Shown here piece after piece: positions 28,190 to 41,311 of a stretch of DNA of 64,000 nucleotides. The notes below the pieces were generated by a model. That model was not told the DNA's origin. It searched no databases and was given only the letters and a program-made list of their open reading frames with translations. Source of the DNA: Eledone cirrhosa (lineage: Eukaryota); NCBI GenBank assembly GCA_964016885.1, contig OZ024741.1, forward strand, positions 319,982,001 to 320,046,000, read 5' to 3'. Every line of letters starts with the position of its first letter. Within the stretch, counting starts at the first letter, position 1. The position numbers and the translations under genes were made by a program.

Positions 28190-29245
28190 CCTATTATGTA
28201 CAAAATCTTAACGGCAAGAGACTGACCAAGCACCTGAAAAATCAAAACAACCACTTCCAGAAGATCAGAAAGGATGCTGCTCATATGGCTGTGAAGACCA
28301 ACTGCTAATCAATAAAAGTGTAACCGAAAGCTGCAGAAGAAAACAAACCGAAAAGAAACCTCAGCATGGCATGGATTGACTACAAGTAGGCGTTTCACAG
28401 TGTTCCACATATATGAATACTGAACCCATTAGCCATGAGATAGCGCCAACAATAAAAAGCATTAAAAACAATTTTAATGAGTAAGGGACAAAGAGTTCTG
28501 CAGATAAATACGAAGGATGGACTCATAAAAAGTAAACCTATCCCAATCAACAGAGGGATATTTCAAGGGGACTCCTTATCACCACTGTTTTTCTGCAACG
28601 CGCTGACACCATTACCTGGAATACTAAACATAACTGGTCTGGTGTAGAAATGCTAGAAAAACATTAACCATAAGGTTAATATTCTAGTATTTATATGGAT
28701 GATCTAAAGCTGTATGCTGCATCAAAAAACAACTTGAAACCTTGTCATAGACAATATATGGATTCACAAAAGACAAAGGACTAGAAAAATCCGCCCTGGC
28801 GGCTCTACAGAGAGCGAAACTAGTGAAAAATTCTAATATCATGTTAGGTAAATAAAAAGAGATAAGAGAATTAGATCAAACACAGACATACAAATACTTA
28901 AGAATCAACGACTACACAGAGTCCAACATTCAGAGAGGAAAGAAACGTTTAGTAAGGAATACTATAGAAGGATTAGATTATTGCTTCAAACAGAACTAAA
29001 TGCAAATAATAAGGGTATTGGCATCAATATTCTAGTGATCCCAGTAATAAGCGACAGTTTTAATATTCTTAACTAGCAAGTATAGACAGACAAACAAGAA
29101 AGAGTGCATTTAGAATACAATTCTCAAAATCAGATGTAGTAAGATTATACCTACCACGAACACAAGGAAGAAGGGGATTTATGCAGCTAGAAATATATTA
29201 TGTAAGAACTACTGTAGTAATACAAAAATATCTAATGAAGAACTA
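28190..29245 (+). pseudogene. R4/Dong-type LINE RT fragment (old)
   Basis: PEDQKGC..GCEDQLLINK..NLSMAWIDYK*AFHSVPH..INRGIFQGDSLSPLFFC..YMDDLKLYA; many stops. Confidence 0.8.
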
Positions 29246-29249
29246 AAAA

Positions 29250-30175
29250 ATGGAACCACCCGACGCTTCAAGCGCACCCGAGAAGGGCACACCTCCTCTC
29301 TCCAAATCAGCCAGCCTACAGGCATACGGTCAGAGTAGGCATATTTGCACGGGCCATCCTTTTAGCAAATTTACTGGGGAGCAGCACTTCTTCTCAACCC
29401 TCACCTTGCTCTCCAAGTGAAACTTTAAAAAGTTGAGGAGGCATTAGCCGAACAGAAAAGTGTCTGTCTTCAGTCCTTTCAGCCTGTTCCACCACACAAC
29501 CTTTTTCGCTACCGCCAACAGATAGGGGAAAATTGTCTTCCCTTCCCTACCAGAAGAAGGCGACGGGTCGATCTTCATTATGGACTCGGTTGATAGCCGG
29601 ATCCATTCTACAGGCGACAACAGCTGTTCGACATAGCACCACAAGTTAGTAATGCACGGACACTGGACGAATGCGTGCAAAACGGTTTCGTGGTTCCTCG
29701 GGCAGGTCCGTCTGACACCACTACAAAGCCTGCAGAGTTTATCCCTAACCGACCGTGCCCCTAGGTAGCACTGCCGAGCAAGCGATTTCTGGAAGTTGTA
29801 GATGGTCCCCGGGTCGAAAGTTCTCTGGAACAGACTTGTCAGTTCGACTTGGTCGACGCCCTGAGCCTCTCCGAGTGCGACGTCGCACTGATCATATTTC
29901 CCGCCTGGTAGAGGGCAGTGAGAGCCTGGCAACATTCCAGATGCCAAGCACCCAGTCTCGGTCTCTTCTTGACCCAGGACTGTAGCTCTGTCAAAGAGAC
30001 GAGTTGCGGAAAGGTTCGTCTGACAAACGGTTACCACACCTGTTCACCTTTTAGGCAGAATATCTGGTGATTCTGCATGTTCAGCGCATGTTTGCGCATC
30101 ATGACCTACAGCATGCTCAGGCCTCCGCGTAGAGGGTGCTGGCAGCAAATGGATCGCCTCAACAACGGAACCTGT
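29250..30175 (-). pseudogene. Tx1-like LINE ORF2 3' fragment
   Basis: Homologous to ~62540-63530 (RRTCPR..ETVLHAFVQCP..LW..VEQLL..KTDTFLFG). Confidence 0.85.
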
Positions 30176-30607
30176 ATGTGTGTCTACGGTGTGTAATGCG
30201 TTCATGTATTTCAAGCAAAGTGTTTATTGGTATGGTGGAGTTTGTAGTCGTAGAAGTTGAGCGTAGTCTCTGGTAGTCTTACGTAAATGAGGATTGAGAG
30301 GTAAGCTAGATGCGAGGTGAGATGAGTATGCTATAGGGAGGTGGAAGGAAGAAATTATAGTTGGAACACATGATCGAGATATAACTTGTTAAAACTGTAA
30401 ATGTTTTGTGTTTTATATTTTATTGTTCGCTATGTGAGAATAGAGATACGATATACGAGTAGAGAGAAGCTCAATATTAGTTGAAAGATATATTGTTATG
30501 GCTCCCTAACTATCACTCACGCTGTATCTCATTTCTCTCTCCCCCTCTCTCTCCTTCTGTCTCTCTCTCTGTATATATATATACATATATATATAAACAT
30601 ATGTATA

Positions 30608-30684
<77 letters not shown>

Positions 30685-30768
30685 ATATATAAATATATAT
30701 ATATATGTATGTATATATGTATATATATAAATATATATATATATGTATGTATATATGTATATATATAA

Positions 30769-30898
<130 letters not shown>

Positions 30899-31269
30899 CA
30901 TAGTAAATTGTTTAGATTTTGCGAAGAACGAAGAATTCAAGCAGAATGTAGGAAATTAAAAAATAAAAAATAAATGAAAACAGAGCGATAGGAAAGAAAT
31001 TCACTGTAGTAGAAAACTTAATATAGCGTAATGTGAAATAAATAAGAGAAAAATACTCATATCTACTTTATAGAGACTGCAACCATACCGAATGAAGAAA
31101 CGGAAAAATATTAAGACTAATATAACAAAATATCAATTAATACATAAGCAGTATTCATATTTATGTACATTTAAAATATTTTAATATTTTATTGATATAC
31201 ATACATATATATATATGTAAGTATGTATGTATACGTACATACATATATGTATACAGACGTACAGTAGCA

Positions 31270-31355
<86 letters not shown>

Positions 31356-31505
31356 CAGGTACACATATATATATGTACGTATCAGTTTAGCGAACGTTTA
31401 TTATAACGCTCGCTTTGTCCGTTTGTAAACAAGCGAACAGCCTGATTTATGCCATACGGTGTTAAGGCAACCACGTCACCTTTTTGTTCAACACTGACAG
31501 AGGAA

Positions 31506-31546
31506 CGATGTACTAGTTTCAAGCTTGTTAGCTATCATCAGCACCG
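31506..31546 (-). ncRNA. Minimal type I hammerhead ribozyme, intact core
   Basis: cggtg CTGATGA tagct aaca agctt GAAA ctag TA catcg; palindromic ctag stem III; GUA site. Confidence 0.85.
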
Positions 31547-31844
31547 TATACCCGTCTGCCAGATAGTTGAACGTTCGAAAGTATATACTTTCCTTATGAA
31601 AATTAACGGCTGAGCAGCCTAATTTGCATATCGAGTGAGTTCAGTCGGCCAGGCGTACCGAAAACAATAAGTTGTAATATAATGAAACGAAATTTCATTT
31701 CTCACTCTTAGTACGGCACTTACTTAAATGTAAGTATGTATGTATACGTACATACATATATGTATACAGACGTACAGTAGTATGCATATATATACTAGGA
31801 AAGTATATACTTTCGAACGTTCAACTATCTGGCAGAAGGGTATA

Positions 31845-31885
31845 CGGTGCTTATGATAGCTAACAAGCTTGAAACTAGTACATCG
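31845..31885 (+). ncRNA. Inverted twin HHR with G5>U core mutation
   Basis: Identical to the 31506-31546 copy except the core reads cttatga. Confidence 0.75.
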
Positions 31886-32035
31886 TTCCTGTGTCAGTGT
31901 TGGACAAAAAGCTGACGTGGTTGCCTTAACACCGTATGGCATAAATCAGGCTGTTCGCTTGTTTACAAACGGACAAAGTGAGCGTTATAATAAACGTTCG
32001 CTAAACTGATACGTACATATATATATGTGTACCTG

Positions 32036-32089
<54 letters not shown>

Positions 32090-32196
32090 TGCTACTGTAC
32101 GTCTGTATACATATATGTATGTACGTATACATACATACTTACATTTAAGTAAGTGCCGTACTAAGAGTGAGAAATGAAATTTCGTTTCATTATATT

Positions 32197-32275
<79 letters not shown>

Positions 32276-32277
<2 letters not shown>

Positions 32278-32467
32278 ACAAAGGAATTGTGGTGAGGAAC
32301 CAGATGGACCATAACGCACCAGAGTACTCAATAGTTAGGGTAGTAGAGTGGGAAATAGGAAAAAGTATGACCTCGACGGCAGAGCTCAAGCCGTTTCGAC
32401 GGCTATTTCTGTCCAGAAATAGCCGTCAAAACGGCTTGAGCTCTGCCGTCGGGGTCATACTTTTTCC

Positions 32468-32470
<3 letters not shown>
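32276..32470. mobile_element. PLE-like remnant with a 57-bp-arm palindrome (32355-32470)
   Basis: Near-perfect palindrome with a 2-nt loop, inside (TA)n; same family rearranged at 50533-50683. Confidence 0.8.
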
Positions 32471-32559
<89 letters not shown>

Positions 32560-32564
<5 letters not shown>

Positions 32565-33190
32565 GAATTCACCCATATAAAGGTCGCTGGGAAGGATCTC
32601 ATGTATGTGAAATCGTTCACATATCTTAGCAATAAGGATAACTCTAATGCATCCCTCAATGATGCGATAAGCAATCGTATACGGAAAACCACGAGTGCAT
32701 TGGCAAACTCCATCGTCGCCTTTGGAGAAGATGGGGCATAGAAACTGGACACCTAGATACAGGTTTATAAAGCTGTTGTACTGACTACACTCTTATATCG
32801 ATCAATATAGGTCAGACATCATCCCACTTGATGTCTTTCATAAAGTCTGTCTTCGGGCAATCTATGGCTACACACGTAGACAAGATATCTAACGCTCACT
32901 TCTTCATTATGTGCAAAATTAGAGGCATTGAGAAATTTCTTATGAAATCGCAACTACCCTGGGCTCATGTCATCAGAATGAGTGAGAAAAGAATCCCATA
33001 AGTCCTCATGTACTGCCATTTTGTGGATATTAAGGATATATAAATGTTATACGCCATGGCCCAGGTGCAAAGAGAAGGTGAAGAGTAATCTTTCAACAAT
33101 CAAAATACTTCATGGGACATTGGAACTATATTTGTCGTTTGGATTCTTAGACGTTGAAATCGACCGGAGGGTCCATACAAACATATATGC
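32560..33190 (+). pseudogene. RTE/BovB-like LINE 3' fragment
   Basis: FTYL..RIRKT..RRLW..LDT.IQVYKAVVLTTLLY remnants. Confidence 0.6.
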
Positions 33191-33220
33191 ATGCATCCAT
33201 CCATGCATCCTCCCTCCCCC

Positions 33221-33345
<125 letters not shown>

Positions 33346-33512
33346 CAAATAGTTTATGGCTCTACATGGCTGAATGCAATAAATGTAATCCGTGTTTTTC
33401 GAATATTAATAATAATTTTCGATTCATTTGCAATTATGCAATCAGCCTCTTTAAAGCCATGTCAATAGATTGGCCCCGACATTCTTGCTTTTGTGTTGGC
33501 ATGCAAACAGAA

Positions 33513-33557
33513 CTGCAGACACTAATGTTTCTGGGTGATTACCCTTCATCAGTGTAG
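33513..33557 (-). ncRNA. Type I hammerhead ribozyme, intact core
   Basis: ctaca CTGATGA agggt aatc accca GAAA cattagtg TC tgcag; GUC site; unit 33345-33670 sits between (TA)n runs. Confidence 0.75.
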
Positions 33558-33717
33558 TGTACTGCTTACCTGCCAACTGTCAGAGCTAGTGAAAATATAT
33601 GGTATTTTCTAAAATATACAGTGACGACTGATCGGCTTGATTTGCATATTACCAGACTGCCTGATAAACTATATATGTATATATATAAATATATATATAT
33701 ATATATACATACATGCA

Positions 33718-33782
<65 letters not shown>

Positions 33783-33786
<4 letters not shown>

Positions 33787-34450
33787 TAATAAAAACAATG
33801 AATAAAAACAAAGAAACAGTTCCTTATATTAAAAAAATCATCATTTTTCGATTGTTTCTAGGATATATATGTGTGTGTTGGTATGTATATCATATAGATC
33901 TATGTAAAAGTTTTACAAACTATCAGAGGGAATATACATACCTACACATATATATACTGTCTTCAGAAATAATAATATTTGTTTATTGAAAAAAACCAAC
34001 AAAGATTTAATATAATAGGTCTGTTTGGGAACAGGTTTTGAATTGACCAATAGAAAAGTAGTAAGTGGTCAAGTTGATAGAATAGTAGGAGTAGAAATTT
34101 AATTTAGGGGTGGAGGAATGCAGACTTCAGTTTTGAATGGAAAAAGTATTTTGAATGAAAAGATTACTTTGGGGATGAAAATAGGTCAAGCCGGTGAAAG
34201 GTACACGAAAATTTGATGTTATTAAAGAATAATGCTAATGTTAAAATCTAAGGAGAATAAAATTTTACTATAAATGTGTTAGTGAAAAATATCAATCTTA
34301 TTTAAAACATAAGGTATATAGATCTATAAAAAGAAATTAAATTAATTTAATTGATAGGTATATTTATAGGGATAAAATTATATTAATTCATATAGATATG
34401 ATAAATAAGAGTTAGATGTTATTAAAGAATGTTGTTAAAAACGAAGGAAA
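33783..34450 (-). mobile_element. Diverged third copy of the 43.2/49.0-kb pLTR-like family, HHR mutated (33838-33974)
   Basis: Colinear with 43217-44045; its HHR reads gaaa caatcg aa instead of gaaa cgatcg ta. Confidence 0.8.
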
Positions 34451-34501
34451 AAACAAATTTTTTTTTTTTTTTAATATATATTATATGAGTAATAGTAAAT
34501 A

Positions 34502-34684
34502 TTTGTTTCTACTTTTGGCACAAGGCCAGCAATTACCCAGTGTATTACTGGTACTTTATTTTATCGACCCCGTAAGGATGAAAGGCAAAGTTAACCTCGG
34601 CGGGATTTGAACTCAGGATGGCAAGGGCCGTAACTCTATGCGTCAAAGCATGGCGTCCGACCCTCTACCGATACTGCCAATCCA
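34502..34684 (-). mobile_element. SINE family A with 13-bp TSD
   Basis: aatagtaaatatt on both sides. Confidence 0.92.
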
Positions 34685-35390
34685 AATAGTAAATATTACC
34701 CAGTTACAAGTATGGAAATAGCTCATTGTAAAATAACAAGGATACTACAGAGCCGAAATACAATGTACTTAAAAATAAGAAGAATTCATATTTTAAACCA
34801 CCTTTCAACTTAAATATTTCAACTTTAATATTTCTTCTCTATTATGTAAAAAAATTTCCCACTTAATCACAAATACCATAATTTAATAAATAAAAATACC
34901 ATTAAAATCTTTTATTCTAACACACCTAACATTGCTAATCACATAGACAGTGTTAATACATATTATACTTCTTCCAACTTGAATAACAATTCATAACCCG
35001 TAGATACGTTTAACAATATTGCACCTAATAATACTTGTAACCACTCTCATAATACATTAATATGTAGGACTTATAGGAATATTAATAACAATTGCAGCAC
35101 TCATATATCTAATTCTAATAACTCTTCACACCTTTACCCACAATATTGTTTAATCAATAACTATAACTGTAATTGTAGACCTAATAATGTATGCCCTCTT
35201 AATAGAAATTGCTTCGTTAAGAATATTGTTTATTCCCGTATTGTCACCACTTCCACCAACTACAAAACCTGTATCGGTTCTACTTCGAATAGTTTTAAGC
35301 CGAGGTATAATTCCCATCTTCATACTTTCAAGAACTTTAAGCTTAAGTATGCAACTTCTTTATCTAGTTTTAAATCATTTTTGAAGAGTA

Positions 35391-35584
35391 ATAATTGTTT
35401 CTACTTTTGGCACAAGGCCAGCAATTCTCCCAGTTTATTACTGGTGCTTTATTTTATCGACCCCTTAAGGATGAAAGACAAAGTTAACCTCGGCGGGATT
35501 TGAACTCAGACCATACAGGACCGTAACTCTTTGCTGCAAAGCATGGCGTCAGACCCTCTACGGATACTGCCAAACCATCGCCCT
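35391..35584 (-). mobile_element. SINE family A
   Basis: Full-length family match. Confidence 0.9.
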
Positions 35585-36722
35585 ACTTTACACCCTGACC
35601 TGGAAAGGCATTGCCAAACTTCTTATAACCCTCCCAATACATTGTGTAACCTTTGCCTTCTTTATTCCCATACTATTATTTATTCTAAGCTAAATACATT
35701 AAGTATGTTATCTGAAATGTTTTTCTCTTGTTCTCATATTAATCACCATATTTTCACTATTTTAGACCTAGTAACTAATTTATATCGATGAAGATTTATA
35801 TCTTATTTTTTTCAGTAACATTAGTATCATTGTATAATTAAACCTAAACGTTTATATGTTTAACTACTATTTAGTGTCTACCATTCTTCACACACCCCAT
35901 CTCTGATCCCTTCTATTACGATTACAATTTATTATAACCACCCCTTATCTTTTAACATTCTTTAGTTCTACAATCACTAGCCCTAAAACAATGTTTAAAT
36001 CGATACATCCTTACATATTAAATCCTTCTATTTTTCCTTATTAATATATAGTAATATATATAATGTCTTACATGAATTACCTCTCCTATATTTTTATTTT
36101 CGTCTTAACCGCTTTTTAAGGATAATTTTGTTTATATTCTATGCTAAGATGGAGGTTTTTTACGCTTAAGAATATATGACTTTGTCTGGTCTAACTTCTG
36201 GATGATGTGTCTTCAGAACACTTCAATCTATATTTGATTTTTAACTTTGGTGATTCTATTTACTCAACATTTGAAAAATAATAATTATTATTATGACTGA
36301 ATTACGTAGTCGAACTTTTTTTTAATGCATTATTAAAAATATTTTTTAAACGTATTATTAAAAATATTTGTTAGAGATGTAGTTTTAAATTTATATATGA
36401 ATTAGCATGCCTTCTCTTATTAACTTTACTAAATTTTTTTATTGCTTATGATATATGTTTTTCACTGTACTTAACCTTTCTGTAGCAGCATGTTTTATAA
36501 TTTTTCTGTAACAGCATGTTTTTAATTTTTTAAAATTTTTAATTTTGATTGCACATAATTTTTATTGCATTTATATGCTCCTATTCTTCATATGCTTCTT
36601 CCGCCTCTGTTATCTTATATAAATGTTGATACTTATGCTTATCTAGTCTCCCATATTATGTATCTTCCTAATGTTCTTATGACAAAGTTCTGATATTATA
36701 TTTGTGTTTGACCATTACTATA

Positions 36723-36770
36723 TACTGCGATGATTCCGGCCTTGTTCTAGGATGAACCGATCGTAAGTGG
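36723..36770 (+). ncRNA. Degenerate hammerhead at the end of a long AT-rich unit
   Basis: tact gcgatga ttcc...ggat gaac cgatcg ta agtg; stem II base matches the 18573 copy. Confidence 0.5.
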
Positions 36771-36872
36771 TTAAATGTTTTAAACACTCTTTGATTGTCA
36801 TTTAGATTAATATATATATATATATGAATTTGTTTGGCAAGGTTTTTGATATGAAATCGGGTGTTGAAACAA

Positions 36873-37008
36873 ATATTGTTATATTCGGGGAGGTCATGTT
36901 GTTATAAAATTCCCAAATATATATATTAAACCACACTCACAGTGAGTGTGTTTTACTATATATTTCTGGCAACATTATAACAACATTACCATCCCGAAAT
37001 ATAATAAT
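36873..37008. repeat. Fold-back palindrome between (TA)n runs
   Basis: attgttatattcggg..atgttgttataa...acactcac a gtgagtgt...ttataacaacat..cccgaaatataataat. Confidence 0.7.
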
Positions 37009-37647
37009 GTATATATATATATATATATATATATATGTAACTGTCTTAACATACACACACACACAGACACACAGACACACAGACACACACACACACACAC
37101 ACATACACACACACACATATATATATATATATGCGTGTATGCTTGCGCATGTGTGTGTATGTGTGTGCGTTTACTCGTATGTTGGGATTTTCTGTGTGTG
37201 AGTGTATATATGGATGTATGTGTATTCGTGTACCTGAGTGTGAATTTGTGTGGAAATATCGACGTAAGTGAGGATGAGTTGAATGCGGAGAAACATGTGT
37301 GTTTATAATTATAAAAAAAGGCATAAACTTACATAAAAGTTAAGAAATAATCGACTTTACAATTCAAACATCAACCGAAAGCGACAAAAACAATTATGTG
37401 AACATCTATGCGTGTATCCATATGTCTAAATACACACACTCGCACCCCCTCCCCCCTTATACACACACTTACATATATATATATATGGGTATATATATAG
37501 AGAGAGAGAGTCGATCGACTTTCGTCAAATCGGACCGAGGAAACAATGTTTCCGTTGGTCTTTCCAATTGCTAATACTATCTATCGGTCGCAACTCCAGG
37601 TAGAAGGCGCAGCGTGAAATAAAGTGTCTTGCTCAAGGACATAACGC

Positions 37648-37750
<103 letters not shown>

Positions 37751-37844
37751 CACACACAGATATATATATATATATATATATAACAATATATAGTAAGAAA
37801 CACAGTAAACCGTGTGTCCAAAATTAATGGTTACAGGGTTCTAA

Positions 37845-37904
<60 letters not shown>

Positions 37905-37914
37905 TATGCATATT

Positions 37915-37953
<39 letters not shown>

Positions 37954-37965
37954 TTATATACATAC

Positions 37966-37997
<32 letters not shown>

Positions 37998-38060
37998 TAT
38001 ATATACATACATATTTATATATATATTATATATACATACATATATATATATATATAAATC

Positions 38061-38114
<54 letters not shown>

Positions 38115-38118
38115 AATC

Positions 38119-38242
<124 letters not shown>

Positions 38243-38255
38243 CACACACATATAA

Positions 38256-38287
<32 letters not shown>

Positions 38288-38989
38288 ATGCCCAAGCCTA
38301 TGTGCGTGTGTATGCTTGTGTGTATGAGTGCGTGTGTGTGTGTATGTGTGTGTGTGCACGCAAGGATTTCTTTAGTATTTTATAGTATTTTATAAATAAG
38401 ACGATTTACTCGCCATTCATAGAATGTTTTCAATAATAACCGTATTTTGCGGGTATAGGGCGTTGCAAGACTGTTACTGCGAACAAAAACAACTCTAATA
38501 ATAATTATTATTATCAGCGGAAAATCAGCAGAACCGTCACCACCACCACCACGATAACAACAACAAAAACACATCTGAGAGCCGCATGTAGAATTACAAT
38601 AATAGTAAAAATTTATAATAAAAGATAAAATATGGTGAATTTAGTCGTGTAATCATTTAAATATAACCTATGTACAAACGTAACACATGCAGCAGACGCA
38701 CGCATATTACACACACAGAACACACAATTATATATATGTTTATATATATATACATACACACATACATATACAAACGTATATATCTGATTATATATATATG
38801 TATACACACATATGTATATGTGTGTGTGTGTATGTGTATGTACATATATGATACATATATATGTATATATATATATATGTACACACACATATGTATATGT
38901 CTGTGTTTATATGTGTGTACACACACACACACATATATATATATACATACGCACACACTCACATGTATATACATATATACATGTATATA

Positions 38990-39021
<32 letters not shown>

Positions 39022-40136
39022 CGTCATATATATGTATATATATATAAATATATACATATGTATATAGATGCATACATATATATATATATATAACGTAGAG
39101 TTCAGCTAGGTTCCTATACCATTGTTCACGTTATTCTTATTTCATTTTGAATTATATATTATTTTATATAATTTTATACTGTATATTATATTTAACCTGT
39201 TTTATACCTTATAGTATGATCTGCTACTATAGTTGTTCGTATTTATTTTTCTATTTATTATTCAAATTTTCTATAGGAGTTCATTCAATGAGTATCTGTG
39301 TGTGTGTGTCTGTAAGCATATGCGTGTGTATGTGGGCGTATATGTGTCCTGTAATGTAATATTTTTTTGCTTTACGCTGAATTTTATTTGTTCTTATAAT
39401 ATAGTATATGCTATTTCTATCTGTTTTTTTTTAATGATATTTGTATATATTCGTACATTTTTCTTCTGTTTATTTGGGAAGTTTTTTGAATGGTCTTATA
39501 TAGTGTTATAGAGAATTATATCGTAGGTTTGGTATATTATCTGCTAGGCCTTTATACGTTTTTATTTTCAGTTTCATATGTGGTTTTATTTATATAACAT
39601 TTTATGTGTTATTAATCTAATATTCATTTTTTTTTGTTATATGTGTTATTTTGACATTATATTTTTGGGCGAAAATGTGTGTATTTGTTTGTATGTTAAC
39701 GTTTGCGAGTCCATTTCTGTTTTTATGTGATTTTAATATTTTTATGTGATATTTGTGTGTAGTTGTATGTCATATTTCGTATATATGCATTTCATATATG
39801 TTACATTGTCCTGTTTTTCTTTTAATATGTATCGTGACATTTTGTGTTATTTTGCTTAATACTCTATGTATATGAGTGTGTGTATATGCTTGCAGGTTAC
39901 TGATATTTACAATTTTCTGAATGACATTTCGTGTGTGTGTGTGTGAACGTGTGTGTGCGTTTGTGTGTGTGTTTGCGCGCGTGTGTGTGTGTGTGTTTTA
40001 TGCGATATAGGGAATATATTTTCATGCAACATTTTCTTTTTCTACACTCTGTGATAATCTATGACAGTTTCTGTTTATATATATATATAAAGATATCTAT
40101 CTATGGATCCATATGTATCCATATCTATATATGTAT

Positions 40137-40182
<46 letters not shown>

Positions 40183-40188
40183 ATATAA

Positions 40189-40235
<47 letters not shown>

Positions 40236-40800
40236 CATATTTATATATATACATTTATATATATTTATATATATATATATATTTAAATATATATATTTGT
40301 ATTAATATGTGATTTGTATATTTAATATACATTAGTTATATGTCCCTTTTACTTGCTTCACATATTTATTTAATTTAAACATATACATACATACATATTT
40401 CATTTTATCTAGCTACGAAACTTTTGGTTGAACTGTTCAAGAAATCGGAAAAAGTTTGGTTGTTTTCAACGATAAAATAAAAATGGTATCAATGAAGGAA
40501 TCGATAAACATTTTTAGGTATTTTTTTATGTTTTATTGATTTTTTCCGTCTCTTATCTATTTTTAGTTTTTATCTAAGGTTGTTTGAATCGTTTGTTGGA
40601 AGGATAAATAAGGTTGTTTGATAGAAAATCAACATTTAACCTCTGTAGCTTTCAGTGTACCTCCTTATATTTTCCTTCTTCTCTATTTGTGGATATTTCA
40701 GTCTTTCTCGGTCTGTGTCTCATATCTACTTACGCACATACTCATGCAGTCACTCTTACATAAATATAAATATAAATGCACACACACGCACGTACACCCC

Positions 40801-40959
<159 letters not shown>

Positions 40960-40969
40960 TTATATATAT

Positions 40970-41291
40970 ATTAGAAAGTGGGTTTTTTTTTACAAATTGA
41001 AAAATAACCGAGGTGTCCTACACGAGTGAAAGTATAAAGAAAAAGAGATGAAATCGAAAATGCAACTGGAGTCTTATTTTAAAAAATATATATATATATT
41101 TATTTGGTTCCTTTACCGGTTTCGCAGTTCTTCTGCTTTTCAAAAGTAGAGTTGAGATGGAGGGTCTTTGGTTTTTCTCACATCTGAAAAGCAGAACTGC
41201 GAAACCGGTAAAGGAACCAAATAAATATATATATTTAAAAAAAAAAAAAATAAGACTCCAGTTGCATTTTCGATTTCATCTCTTTTTCTTT
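40970..41291. mobile_element. Fold-back PLE-like unit with ~100-bp arms and degenerate HHRs
   Basis: ~41036-41143 is inverted at ~41185-41291; arm reads tgaaaa gcag..ctgc gaaa ccgg ta aagg. Confidence 0.8.
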
Positions 41292-41311
41292 ATATATATA
41301 TATATATATAT

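Larger units (their letters stand above)
31217..32200. mobile_element. Partial-tandem plus inverted PLE-like unit
   Basis: 31217-31593 is inverted at ~31798-32143; 31671-31727 is inverted at ~32144-32200; 31728-31795 directly repeats 31217-31280; each long arm carries an HHR. Confidence 0.85.
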
